A stretch of DNA of 30,882 nucleotides, from positions 1-30,882 of IMG/VR virus record IMGVR_UViG_3300029171_000034, one strand, 5' to 3'. Below, one piece after another: positions 1 to 7,373 of the stretch. The notes beneath the pieces are model-generated. The model ran no database searches, was not told the origin of the DNA, and worked only from the letters and a program-made list of their open reading frames with translations. Position 1 is the stretch's first letter, and the number at the start of each line of letters is the position of its first letter. The DNA is from a virus (lineage: Duplodnaviria > Caudoviricetes). Made by a program: the position numbers and the translations under genes.

Positions 1-17
1 GTTTCCCAGTCACGATC
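1..17 (+). other. Random-amplification (SISPA-type) primer sequence, library artefact
   Basis: GTTTCCCAGTCACGATC is the widely used round A/B random-PCR tag; its exact reverse complement closes the window. Confidence 0.93.
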
Positions 18-18
18 G

Positions 19-804
19 GTAGGGTCATCGGTTTGGTCATCGGTTAGGTCATCGGTTGGGTCATCGGTTTGGTCATCGGTTAGGTCATCGGTTTGGTCAT
101 CGGTTGAGTCATCGGTTAGGTCATCGGTTTGGTCATCGGTTAGGTCATCGGTTAGGTCATCGGTTGGGTTGTACTATTGGGCAGATAATTTAGCATATTA
201 TGACTTTTGGAAAGAAACAGGAATCTATATTGACAATGAGAACATAAAAAAGATGGAAGAGTATATTGATTTACTTTCAGACTGCTCATACGGGTTTATT
301 ACAGATAAAATATCAATCGTACTCACAAAACCAGATGTAGATGTAAACGATGAATGGCAATTACATTCAGACCAGAGAATGGCATTACGTTGGAAAAATG
401 GAGATGGAAAATACTATCTTGATGGAGTAGAACTACCAGAAGATTTATGGGAAAAGATTATCTCGAAAGAAATGTCACTTTCAGAAATAATGAAAATAGA
501 GATTTCAGACCAAAGAACAGTCGCACTAAAATATAATCCACAAGCAATTATTAAAGAAAATGCTAAACTAATTCATAAAGATAACAGGAACAATGAACTC
601 TATTTAGTAGAGAACAGTGAAATAAACACGCTCACTGGTTATACTAAAATGTGGTTTCTAAAAATGCTATGTCCAACAGGTAGAGTATTCATTGAAGGAG
701 TAGAACCAGAGTTTGCAGAAAAAAACCCAGACGCAACTAAATGTCAGGCAGAACTTTGCGGATTAATATTATCAGAATATATTTCCATGAAAATGGAATC
801 GTAA
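19..804 (+). CDS. 5'-truncated DUF6745-like protein with N-terminal SSVx tetrapeptide repeats
   Basis: Frame is open from the contig edge through the repeat into the ORF called at 169 (TTG is internal). Motifs W..YYDFW, KP..VN...LH..RMAL.W.NG..YYLDGV and CPTGRVF.EGV.P resemble DUF6745-type proteins as I recall them. Confidence 0.7.
   Translation, partial: VGSSVWSSVRSSVGSSVWSSVRSSVWSSVESSVRSSVWSSVRSSVRSSVGLYYWADNLAYYDFWKETGIYIDNENIKKMEEYIDLLSDCSYGFITDKISIVLTKPDVDVNDEWQLHSDQRMALRWKNGDGKYYLDGVELPEDLWEKIISKEMSLSEIMKIEISDQRTVALKYNPQAIIKENAKLIHKDNRNNELYLVENSEINTLTGYTKMWFLKMLCPTGRVFIEGVEPEFAEKNPDATKCQAELCGLILSEYISMKMES
25..168 (+). repeat. 12 tandem copies of a 12-bp coding repeat TCATCGGTT-(TGG/AGG/GGG/GAG)
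   Basis: Read directly; in frame with the downstream ORF and encodes SSV(W/R/G/E) x12 in the order W,R,G,W,R,W,E,R,W,R,R,G. Confidence 0.95.
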
Positions 805-820
805 CACACACTAAATAACT

Positions 821-1213
821 ATGGAAAATAACATTTCAAAATCAACAATAATTTTAATTGCCATATCTGTAATAGTATTCTTCGGACTACTATTCTGGGG
901 TGTGCCTAAATATAAAATATATTCACAAACTCTTCGTGGAGAAGCAAATCTACGAGAACAGGAATGGACAAAGAAAATCTTAATTGAAACAGCTAAGGCA
1001 GAAAAAGAATCAGCAGTATTAAAAGCTGAAGCAGAAATTGCACGAGCAGAGGGTGTTGCAAAAGCAAACGCAATTATTGGAGAGTCTCTTAAAAACAATG
1101 AGCAATATTTGCGATATCTTTGGATTACTAATATGCAACAAGGGGAAGGAAAGGAAGTTATCTATATTCCTACAGAAGCAGGGATGCCAATTTTAGAAGC
1201 AGGTAAACGATAA
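821..1213 (+). CDS. Membrane protein resembling the SPFH/Band-7 coiled-coil C-terminal region
   Basis: N-terminal TM helix, AEAEIARAEGVAKAN coiled coil, YLRYLWI...VIYIPTEAGMPIL tail. Confidence 0.7.
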   Translation: MENNISKSTIILIAISVIVFFGLLFWGVPKYKIYSQTLRGEANLREQEWTKKILIETAKAEKESAVLKAEAEIARAEGVAKANAIIGESLKNNEQYLRYLWITNMQQGEGKEVIYIPTEAGMPILEAGKR

Positions 1214-1225
1214 TTTAACACACAC

Positions 1226-1390
1226 TACTGGTGTGGTGATGGGGGTAGATTATACGAAGGAAATAGTACGTTATCGTATAGTCTATGTATTGCGATGTAT
1301 AAGAAACGAAAGCCTCGGCTGAAACAAGAAACTCTCGTATGTTTACTAACCTATGCGAGGTCGCATACAGTCCCCACCACTACATCAGTA
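1226..1390 (+). ncRNA. Putative multi-stem structured RNA element of about 165 nt
   Basis: Closing stem 1226-1244/1372-1390 (18 of 19 pairs, 2 G-U); hairpin 1246-1257/1274-1285; stem 1286-1296/1360-1369 with further internal pairing. Confidence 0.6.
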
Positions 1391-1401
1391 CAATAATAAT
1401 T

Positions 1402-1740
1402 ATGGATGAGATTTTAGATAAGTGGCGTGAAGAAGCTGGCGAAATACCACCGAATACTTGTCTAGCAATAGATACCGCAATCAAAAGTGTTCAAAATATT
1501 ATAGATGAAATAGTGTGGTTAGAAAAGAACGCACATAGATATGATACCGCACTGGATATTGTAAAAGACTTTCCAAGTTTAGGATGGAATGATAACCCAA
1601 TATCAGATATGGAAGAATTGCGAACACAAAACGAACAACTACGAAATCTCGGTATATACTGGTACGAGAAAACAAAAGAGGTTTTGTTGGAACTTCACTC
1701 ATTAAAAGAATGGAATAAAATCCACGGATTTAATAAATAA
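1402..1740 (+). CDS. Hypothetical protein (PPNTCxxID motif, C-terminal coiled coil)
   Basis: ORF track starts at 1339 inside the structured element; in-frame ATG at 1402 in an A-rich T-ATG context is more likely. Confidence 0.7.
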   Translation: MDEILDKWREEAGEIPPNTCLAIDTAIKSVQNIIDEIVWLEKNAHRYDTALDIVKDFPSLGWNDNPISDMEELRTQNEQLRNLGIYWYEKTKEVLLELHSLKEWNKIHGFNK

Positions 1741-1746
1741 CACCCT

Positions 1747-2022
1747 ATGTCACTCATACCACAAGAAAAACTGGACAAAAAAATATTTGAAATTGCAGAA
1801 AAACACACAATCAGAGATGATAATGGGAACTTTATCACCTTGAATTATTTGAAAATGTCACATGACCTCATCACCTGGTACAACACACAAATAGTGGAGG
1901 AGATTGAAGCAATGAAGGGAAAAGATGTATACAACGATTCAAGGAAACTCGCATATCGACAAGCTCTCTCTGACATCATCTCCAAACTACAAGACACATT
2001 AACTAATAACAACCATGAATAA
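1747..2022 (+). CDS. Hypothetical protein
   Basis: Tightly packed ORF in co-oriented accessory block. Confidence 0.65.
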   Translation: MSLIPQEKLDKKIFEIAEKHTIRDDNGNFITLNYLKMSHDLITWYNTQIVEEIEAMKGKDVYNDSRKLAYRQALSDIISKLQDTLTNNNHE

Positions 2023-2257
2023 ACATATTTTATGTAAAAAAGACGGCTGTAATATATTTGTAGAACATCCAGAGGATATTAAGGATATAAAAGGATATAA
2101 GGTGTCATTTATACACCACCATGAGATTGACGAAAAATTATTTGAAAATATATGTGAGCAGCTGTATGAGAAAGAGAAGATGTTGAACGAAATCGCCCAC
2201 GTAATAAGAAGTAATGTTTTTGGTCTTCAAGACACATTATCAGATAATAATAACTAA
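2015..2257 (+). CDS. Hypothetical protein
   Basis: Overlaps previous stop; shares the LQDTL..NNN C-terminus with the previous ORF. Confidence 0.65.
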   Translation: MNKHILCKKDGCNIFVEHPEDIKDIKGYKVSFIHHHEIDEKLFENICEQLYEKEKMLNEIAHVIRSNVFGLQDTLSDNNN

Positions 2258-2260
2258 TGT

Positions 2261-2560
2261 ATGAGAATAGACAATCAAATTAAAAAAGAATTTATTGAAT
2301 TATTAGAAACAGAACTTACAATAAAGTCTGTCTCTAAAAGATTAAATTTATCCAGGCAAACAGTATATCGTTGGATGAAAGATGACAAAACATTTGCAGA
2401 CAATGTTAAAAATGCAATTAAAAATGCTGTATTAGACATAAACGATGATTGTGAGGCAAGAGTATTAAAAAAAATCAGAAATGATGACTCAAATATGATT
2501 AAATTTTGGCTTCGCTATCGTCACCCAGATTACAAGCAGTCATATATTGTCACAAAATAG
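2261..2560 (+). CDS. Helix-turn-helix DNA-binding protein (TerS-like / phBC6A51-like HTH)
   Basis: TIKSVSKRLNLSRQTVYRWMKDDKTF HTH followed by INDDCE...IKFWLRYRHPDY. Confidence 0.75.
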   Translation: MRIDNQIKKEFIELLETELTIKSVSKRLNLSRQTVYRWMKDDKTFADNVKNAIKNAVLDINDDCEARVLKKIRNDDSNMIKFWLRYRHPDYKQSYIVTK

Positions 2561-2561
2561 T

Positions 2562-2633
2562 ATGGAAAATACAATCAATATAATCATCGGTGCATTTATA
2601 GCAATAGTATTTTTATTAGCATTATTCAAATAA
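2562..2633 (+). CDS. 23-aa single-TM peptide (not in ORF track)
   Basis: MENTINIIIGAFIAIVFLLALFK; fills the gap between neighbours exactly; T-ATG start. Confidence 0.55.
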   Translation: MENTINIIIGAFIAIVFLLALFK

Positions 2634-2641
2634 CAAATTAT

Positions 2642-2926
2642 ATGGAAATTAAAACAAACACTTATCAATTAAAAGATTTCAATCCAGAAGTACCATCTCA
2701 AATAGTCTCATTCTACGAAATGTATCAGAATGGAAATGTAGAAAATGGAACAACAATCGAAGAAATGTTGCGTGTATCTATTGAACGATTAACTGACTTA
2801 AATAGCCGATTCTCTTGTCGAGAAAATAGTATAGCAATTACAAAAATGCAAGAGGCTCTTATGTGGCTCAATGAGAGAACGCGAGAACGAAAAGAACGAG
2901 GTGTTGAGGGGAAACATCTTGCATAA
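2642..2926 (+). CDS. Acb2/Tad1-hairpin family anti-defence (signal sponge) protein
   Basis: NG...E.ML.V...RL......FSCRENSIAITKMQEALMWLNERT.ER..RGVEG matches the Tad1 C-terminal hairpin pattern (RENAxAxTxxEEALMWxxxRxxxRxxRxVxG). Confidence 0.75.
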   Translation: MEIKTNTYQLKDFNPEVPSQIVSFYEMYQNGNVENGTTIEEMLRVSIERLTDLNSRFSCRENSIAITKMQEALMWLNERTRERKERGVEGKHLA

Positions 2927-2960
2927 TTACCACCTAACACCTCTAAAGAGGAACGAATAT

Positions 2961-3071
2961 ATGAAACTACAAGTAAAATGTGAAAAAAATTGGATTGACA
3001 TATTACCAACACTAGCAATCTCAAAACCGAATAAGATTTATATTGGCTGGTTTGTTGGTTTATTGAAATAA
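2961..3071 (+). CDS. Small hypothetical protein (36 aa)
   Basis: In-frame ATG at 2961 avoids the overlap implied by the 2871 call. Confidence 0.4.
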   Translation: MKLQVKCEKNWIDILPTLAISKPNKIYIGWFVGLLK

Positions 3072-3075
3072 TTCT

Positions 3076-3288
3076 ATGAACACCGAAACCAATAAACCAG
3101 TAGAGGAATGGGAGAATAAGCAAGTAAAGTTTTTGAAAAATATGCAGGAGGAATATGCCCAGATTTCATCAGAATGGAATGGTAAAAGTCCTGGAGTAAA
3201 AGAAGAAATGGCACAGTCCGCAAATGATATTTATGATAAGTGTCAGGAACTTATAGAGTTATTACAAGAGTTCGATAATTTTGATTAA
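3076..3288 (+). CDS. Hypothetical acidic helical protein
   Basis: Packed ORF with T-ATG start. Confidence 0.6.
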   Translation: MNTETNKPVEEWENKQVKFLKNMQEEYAQISSEWNGKSPGVKEEMAQSANDIYDKCQELIELLQEFDNFD

Positions 3289-3292
3289 ATAT

Positions 3293-3490
3293 ATGTCAGA
3301 CTACCGAAGATTGCGAAAACGCATAAAAACAAATATCCGCCAGGCAAAAACATCATATAAGATCAGGCAAATATACTGCATATTCCTGAACATTATTCAC
3401 GGAGAATTTACCAGACGGTCAATGAGGAAGTGTAAAAAGATATTCCTCGGACTTCCTAAATACACTGTAGACCAGTGCACCAACGTATGA
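3293..3490 (+). CDS. Hypothetical basic protein
   Basis: In-frame ATG at 3293; ATGA overlap with next gene. Confidence 0.5.
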   Translation: MSDYRRLRKRIKTNIRQAKTSYKIRQIYCIFLNIIHGEFTRRSMRKCKKIFLGLPKYTVDQCTNV

Positions 3491-3720
3491 AACTTGAAAA
3501 ATACACAGAAAATGAATTGGCTCGGTTGAATCTTTATAAGATTTTATATGTAGATGACCCAGAGCATTCAAAGATTTACAAAAATGAATATGCTCTTGGA
3601 TTTTCAGTAATGGATGCCTTTCTGAATATAAAGAATATGTATAACAGAGAACATCTAAATCTAACCATCGTTAGTGTTGAAGAATTGAACTTTCCGAGAG
3701 GTCTTGAAAGAATTGTATGA
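3487..3720 (+). CDS. Hypothetical protein
   Basis: ATGA overlaps at both ends suggest translational coupling. Confidence 0.6.
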   Translation: MKLEKYTENELARLNLYKILYVDDPEHSKIYKNEYALGFSVMDAFLNIKNMYNREHLNLTIVSVEELNFPRGLERIV

Positions 3721-3968
3721 AAGAAAAAAATAATGCCGATTGGGAACCAAGACTAAAAAATATATTTTACAGAGAGTTTGAAGAAGTAGGAATTATTGCG
3801 ATAGATTCAACATATGAATCAGTTTACGAATTCATCAAAGAAACAAGAGAACAGGCGTATAAAGATGGATTTAAAAAAGGAGAACAATATGCAAACGATT
3901 TAGAAGTAGAAAGACGCTTGCAAATAATTAATGGTGATAGTATAATTATGTTACCTCGTGTCCTATGA
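3717..3968 (+). CDS. Hypothetical protein
   Basis: ATGA overlap; AYKDGFKKG motif; 3' end contains a promoter. Confidence 0.6.
   Translation: MKEKNNADWEPRLKNIFYREFEEVGIIAIDSTYESVYEFIKETREQAYKDGFKKGEQYANDLEVERRLQIINGDSIIMLPRVL
3918..3946 (+). promoter_or_regulatory. Sigma70-type promoter
   Basis: TTGCAA (3918-3923), 17-bp spacer, TATAAT (3941-3946). Confidence 0.75.
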
Positions 3969-4014
3969 CCCCTACGAGACACTCACGAGGTATCTTTTAG
4001 GGGTCATAGGGAGG
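3954..4014 (+). promoter_or_regulatory. Long GC-rich stem-loop in 5' leader (possible terminator/attenuator or stabiliser)
   Basis: Perfect 13-bp inverted repeat CCTATGACCCCTA (3962-3974) / TAGGGGTCATAGG (3998-4010), extended by CCTC/GAGG. Confidence 0.7.
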
Positions 4015-4039
4015 CATTAAAATTTTTAATTTCTAAAAT

Positions 4040-4210
4040 ATGTTTACACATCAAGATTTGCAGAATATTTATGGGCTCATAGAAAGAACCAGTGTGTCTG
4101 GAAAAGAAGTTGAAGAAGTGGTTCGATTAAAATTAAAGATTATCGAAATAATTAAGGTCGGAGCAAAGAATAATTCTAAAGAAGAGGAAGACTCTGTAAA
4201 ATATGAATAA
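4040..4210 (+). CDS. 56-aa hypothetical protein (not in ORF track)
   Basis: MFTHQDLQNIYGLIERTSVSGKEVEEVVRLKLKIIEIIKVGAKNNSKEEEDSVKYE; T-ATG start; stop overlaps next start. Confidence 0.65.
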   Translation: MFTHQDLQNIYGLIERTSVSGKEVEEVVRLKLKIIEIIKVGAKNNSKEEEDSVKYE

Positions 4211-4412
4211 TCTAACTCAGGAACAAATAGAGGATATTAAAAATCGCAACGAAGAATGGATTAAAAAGGGCGAAGAATTACAACTGGCAGTAATCGCTTA
4301 TCCACAGTTAGTACAGAATGAAAAAGGTAATTTTGAGATTACCTGTGTTGTTCGCACAACAGACACGAAATATATGGCTCAACCTAGTCCATTTGTATCA
4401 GATAACAAATAG
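4203..4412 (+). CDS. Hypothetical protein
   Basis: Packed ORF. Confidence 0.65.
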   Translation: MNNLTQEQIEDIKNRNEEWIKKGEELQLAVIAYPQLVQNEKGNFEITCVVRTTDTKYMAQPSPFVSDNK

Positions 4413-4416
4413 CGAT

Positions 4417-4608
4417 ATGATCTTTTTCTTATTAGGAATATCAATAGGTATCTTGATCTCGATAAATATCGGGATTTTGTACTATATATTTCGTGTGAAA
4501 ATAGATACAACAATCAATAATGTAAAGAAAGTTATACCTAGTAATCGTGGCGGGTTTATAGAGACAACAACATTATCAGAACATATTAATAAGATATTGC
4601 ATGAATGA
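4417..4608 (+). CDS. Small membrane protein
   Basis: In-frame ATG at 4417 gives an N-terminal TM helix MIFFLLGISIGILISINIGILYYIF. Confidence 0.6.
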   Translation: MIFFLLGISIGILISINIGILYYIFRVKIDTTINNVKKVIPSNRGGFIETTTLSEHINKILHE

Positions 4609-4870
4609 TATTAAACCATTTGGGAAAAGAATACTTTTGACACCAGAATCAACAGATACAGGATTTATTAGTAATAATCAAGGGATGATTACTACGAAAT
4701 CGCGTGTTTTAGCTATCGGCGATGAAGTAAAAAGAGTAGAAGAAGGAGACATTATCATTACTAACCTGTGGGGAACCGATGAGATCGAGATTGACGGTCA
4801 AAAATTATTCTTTGTAACAGAATCAGATGAATTTATACTAGGAATATGTACAAAAAAAGTGAGTGTTTAG
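4601..4870 (+). CDS. groES: Co-chaperonin GroES (Cpn10)-like
   Basis: IKPFGKRILL, VLAIG..V..VEEGD, EIEIDG...V.ES..ILG motifs; adjacent to groEL. Confidence 0.88.
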   Translation: MNDIKPFGKRILLTPESTDTGFISNNQGMITTKSRVLAIGDEVKRVEEGDIIITNLWGTDEIEIDGQKLFFVTESDEFILGICTKKVSV

Positions 4871-5088
4871 GTCTGTTTTTACATAAGTTTTCATCATATA
4901 AAGAAGGTCTCCATATATATGTTGAAATATGTGAGCGATGCCATAAAAAGTTGTATCATAGGAAAGACTCTATAGGCAGGATAGACAACAGACGATTTAT
5001 CAGTTATCACATACGCGACGTTCTACAGCCGTTTATGTCGAGATTTTATTTAGAATATCCAAATTATGGAAACAAAACAAACAAATAA
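4846..5088 (+). CDS. Small Cys/His protein, possible Zn finger
   Basis: C-x5-H ... CERC; overlaps both groES and groEL. Confidence 0.6.
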   Translation: MYKKSECLGLFLHKFSSYKEGLHIYVEICERCHKKLYHRKDSIGRIDNRRFISYHIRDVLQPFMSRFYLEYPNYGNKTNK

Positions 5089-6598
5089 TATAGTCCTAGG
5101 TAGGGAACGTTTAGTAGTAGGAGCTAATGCTATTGCTGATGTAGTAAAGCTTACGCTTGGTGCAGCAGGAGGAAATGCGATCCTTCCAGCAGACCTTTCG
5201 CCTTTCCATGTAATTACAAATGACGGAATTTCAATCGTAAACGAGGCACATTTTGAAGACCCAATGGAAGAAATGGGAGCTAACATTTTGCGTGAAGTAG
5301 CTAAACGAGCTAATGACCAGTCAGGAGACGGTACTACCACCTCTATCGTACTTGCGCAGGCTATCATTAACGGAGCAAAAGATTTCTCAGGAATTGAAAT
5401 TAAAAAGTCACTCGATGAATGTTTACCTACTATAATCGAGAGCATTGATAAACAAACCATCGAACTGAATGAAGAAGATGTAAAATCGGTGGCTACTATT
5501 TCTGCAGAAGACGAAATAATGGGACAGACCATTGCAGATATTTACAAGGAAATCGGTAAAGACGGCCTTATAGAACTTGATAATTCACGCACTTTTGAAA
5601 CTTACTACGAACTTAAAGACGGTCTTTCTTTTCCACAGGCATGTATGGTATCACCAGAATTTTCCAACAAGGACAACAAGGCAGAATATGAAAAACCAGT
5701 CATCTTCGTTACTGACCAGACCTTAAGTATTGAAGCAGACATCTTTCCTGTTGCTGACATGGTACGACAGGCAGGTAAGAATAACCTTGTCATCGTATGT
5801 GACCGTATTGATACAGGAGCTCTTACATTTTTGGTAAACAATAAAAAAGCAGGCTTGTTCAACTTTCTTGTAATTCAAGCCCCTACCGTAATGAAGGATT
5901 ACTTCTATGAAGACTTCACCCTAGCTACAGGAGCCACACTTGTTGGACCAAAAAGCGGTAAAACGCTCAAAACTGCTACCATGCAGGATATGGGTACGTG
6001 TGATCGCCTTATCTGTACTAAAGACGAGACAAGAATTATCGGTGTACAAGACCTTTCAAAGCATGTAGAATCTTTGCAGGGACAGCACCAAACTGCTATA
6101 CTACAAGAGAGAATTCGCAGACTAAATACTAAAGTAGCAGTTCTTTACCTTTCAGCGAACAGTGAAAGTGAACTTAAATATAAAAACCTTAAGGCGGAAG
6201 ACGCAGTAAATGCTACAAAATTGGCTCTTAAATACGGCGTGGTAGCGGGTGGTGGGGTGGCACTATTAAACGCTTCACAGAGCCTTCCAGACACTCTGGG
6301 GGGCAATCTGTTACGCCACGCACTCAAAGCTCCTATCAGACAAATCATGGAGAACGCAGGAGCAGAGTATAACGAACAAGATCCTGTAATTAAACTTGGA
6401 GGAACTAAAGGTTTTAACGCTAAAACAGGAGAAGTAGCAGACATGTTAGAAGCTAAAATCATCGACCCTGCTTCAGTAGTGAAGAACTCTGTACGTTCAG
6501 CTATCTCTGTAGCTTCTACTCTCTTATCAATTAAGGCTGGTATTTATAAGCAAAAGCAACCTGAAGCGGCACCAAATCCATTTCAGATGATTGGATAA
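5066..6598 (+). CDS. groEL: Chaperonin GroEL (Cpn60)-like
   Basis: ITNDGISI, GDGTTT, VATISA, EDAVNAT, GVVAGGGVAL, APIRQI.ENAG and IIDP..VV motifs. Confidence 0.96.
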   Translation: METKQTNNIVLGRERLVVGANAIADVVKLTLGAAGGNAILPADLSPFHVITNDGISIVNEAHFEDPMEEMGANILREVAKRANDQSGDGTTTSIVLAQAIINGAKDFSGIEIKKSLDECLPTIIESIDKQTIELNEEDVKSVATISAEDEIMGQTIADIYKEIGKDGLIELDNSRTFETYYELKDGLSFPQACMVSPEFSNKDNKAEYEKPVIFVTDQTLSIEADIFPVADMVRQAGKNNLVIVCDRIDTGALTFLVNNKKAGLFNFLVIQAPTVMKDYFYEDFTLATGATLVGPKSGKTLKTATMQDMGTCDRLICTKDETRIIGVQDLSKHVESLQGQHQTAILQERIRRLNTKVAVLYLSANSESELKYKNLKAEDAVNATKLALKYGVVAGGGVALLNASQSLPDTLGGNLLRHALKAPIRQIMENAGAEYNEQDPVIKLGGTKGFNAKTGEVADMLEAKIIDPASVVKNSVRSAISVASTLLSIKAGIYKQKQPEAAPNPFQMIG

Positions 6599-6599
6599 T

Positions 6600-6911
6600 A
6601 TGAATAACATCGGAGAGCAAATTAACTTCCTTAACCATTTAGAACAAAACCCTTATAAACTCTACAAGGCAACGTTCTACGATGAAGCCCTTAAACAGAA
6701 CATGACCTACATAGGATTCAAAGGGAATCCATGTAAAAACCCCCCAGAATTGGAAGGTAAACAAATAATGATGGGGCATATATCTAAACCAGAAGACCCA
6801 GAATTCCTAAAGCAACGCATCTATCAAATGAAAGATGAGTATATGAAATGGACCATGGGAGACGGTAAAGATATTGATTGGGATAGCTTAAATGAATATA
6901 TAAACAAATAA
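6600..6911 (+). CDS. Hypothetical protein
   Basis: ATG at 6600 right after the groEL stop. Confidence 0.65.
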   Translation: MNNIGEQINFLNHLEQNPYKLYKATFYDEALKQNMTYIGFKGNPCKNPPELEGKQIMMGHISKPEDPEFLKQRIYQMKDEYMKWTMGDGKDIDWDSLNEYINK

Positions 6912-6915
6912 AACT

Positions 6916-7371
6916 ATGACAAACCCTAATGGAAGTAACCAATATATAATGGACCCACGGCAGAAACTCTGTTGGGATTTGTACGTTAATCCAAAATCAG
7001 AAACATTTGGTAATGGTATGCAATCTGCAATAAAAGCTGGCTATGAAGAAGCATACGCTAACCAGATAACTACTACTGAATGGTTCAAAGAAAAGATTAG
7101 GAGGCTTAATATGCTAGGAAAAGCAGAAAAAGTACTTGATAACACACTTACTTACGAGCCTATAAACGAGGAAGGAAAGATAGACACAGCTCTTCTTAGA
7201 GTGCAGACAGACGTGGCAAAGCACATAACAAGCACACTAGGAAAACATGAAGGTTATTCAACGAGAACTGAGACAGATATAACTAGTAAGGGAGAGAGAA
7301 TAAATATTACTTCTGAAGTACAGGAAATTGCTGATAAATTTGAGGAAGAACTTAAAAAATCACTAGAATAA
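6916..7371 (+). CDS. terS: Terminase small subunit
   Basis: PRQKL...Y......GNGMQSAIKAGY...YA HTH pattern; directly upstream of terL. Confidence 0.85.
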   Translation: MTNPNGSNQYIMDPRQKLCWDLYVNPKSETFGNGMQSAIKAGYEEAYANQITTTEWFKEKIRRLNMLGKAEKVLDNTLTYEPINEEGKIDTALLRVQTDVAKHITSTLGKHEGYSTRTETDITSKGERINITSEVQEIADKFEEELKKSLE

Positions 7372-7373
7372 AT

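Noticed and set aside
25-168. Possible CRISPR array or telomere-like repeat
   Set aside because: 12-bp period with no spacers; it reads in frame as part of a protein.
1300-1340. Hammerhead ribozyme or tRNA in the structured element
   Set aside because: CTGA and GAAA occur, but the CUGANGA core is absent; no cloverleaf or TTCGA T-loop.
4298-4306. DnaA box TTATCCACA
   Set aside because: Single copy inside a coding region; likely chance.
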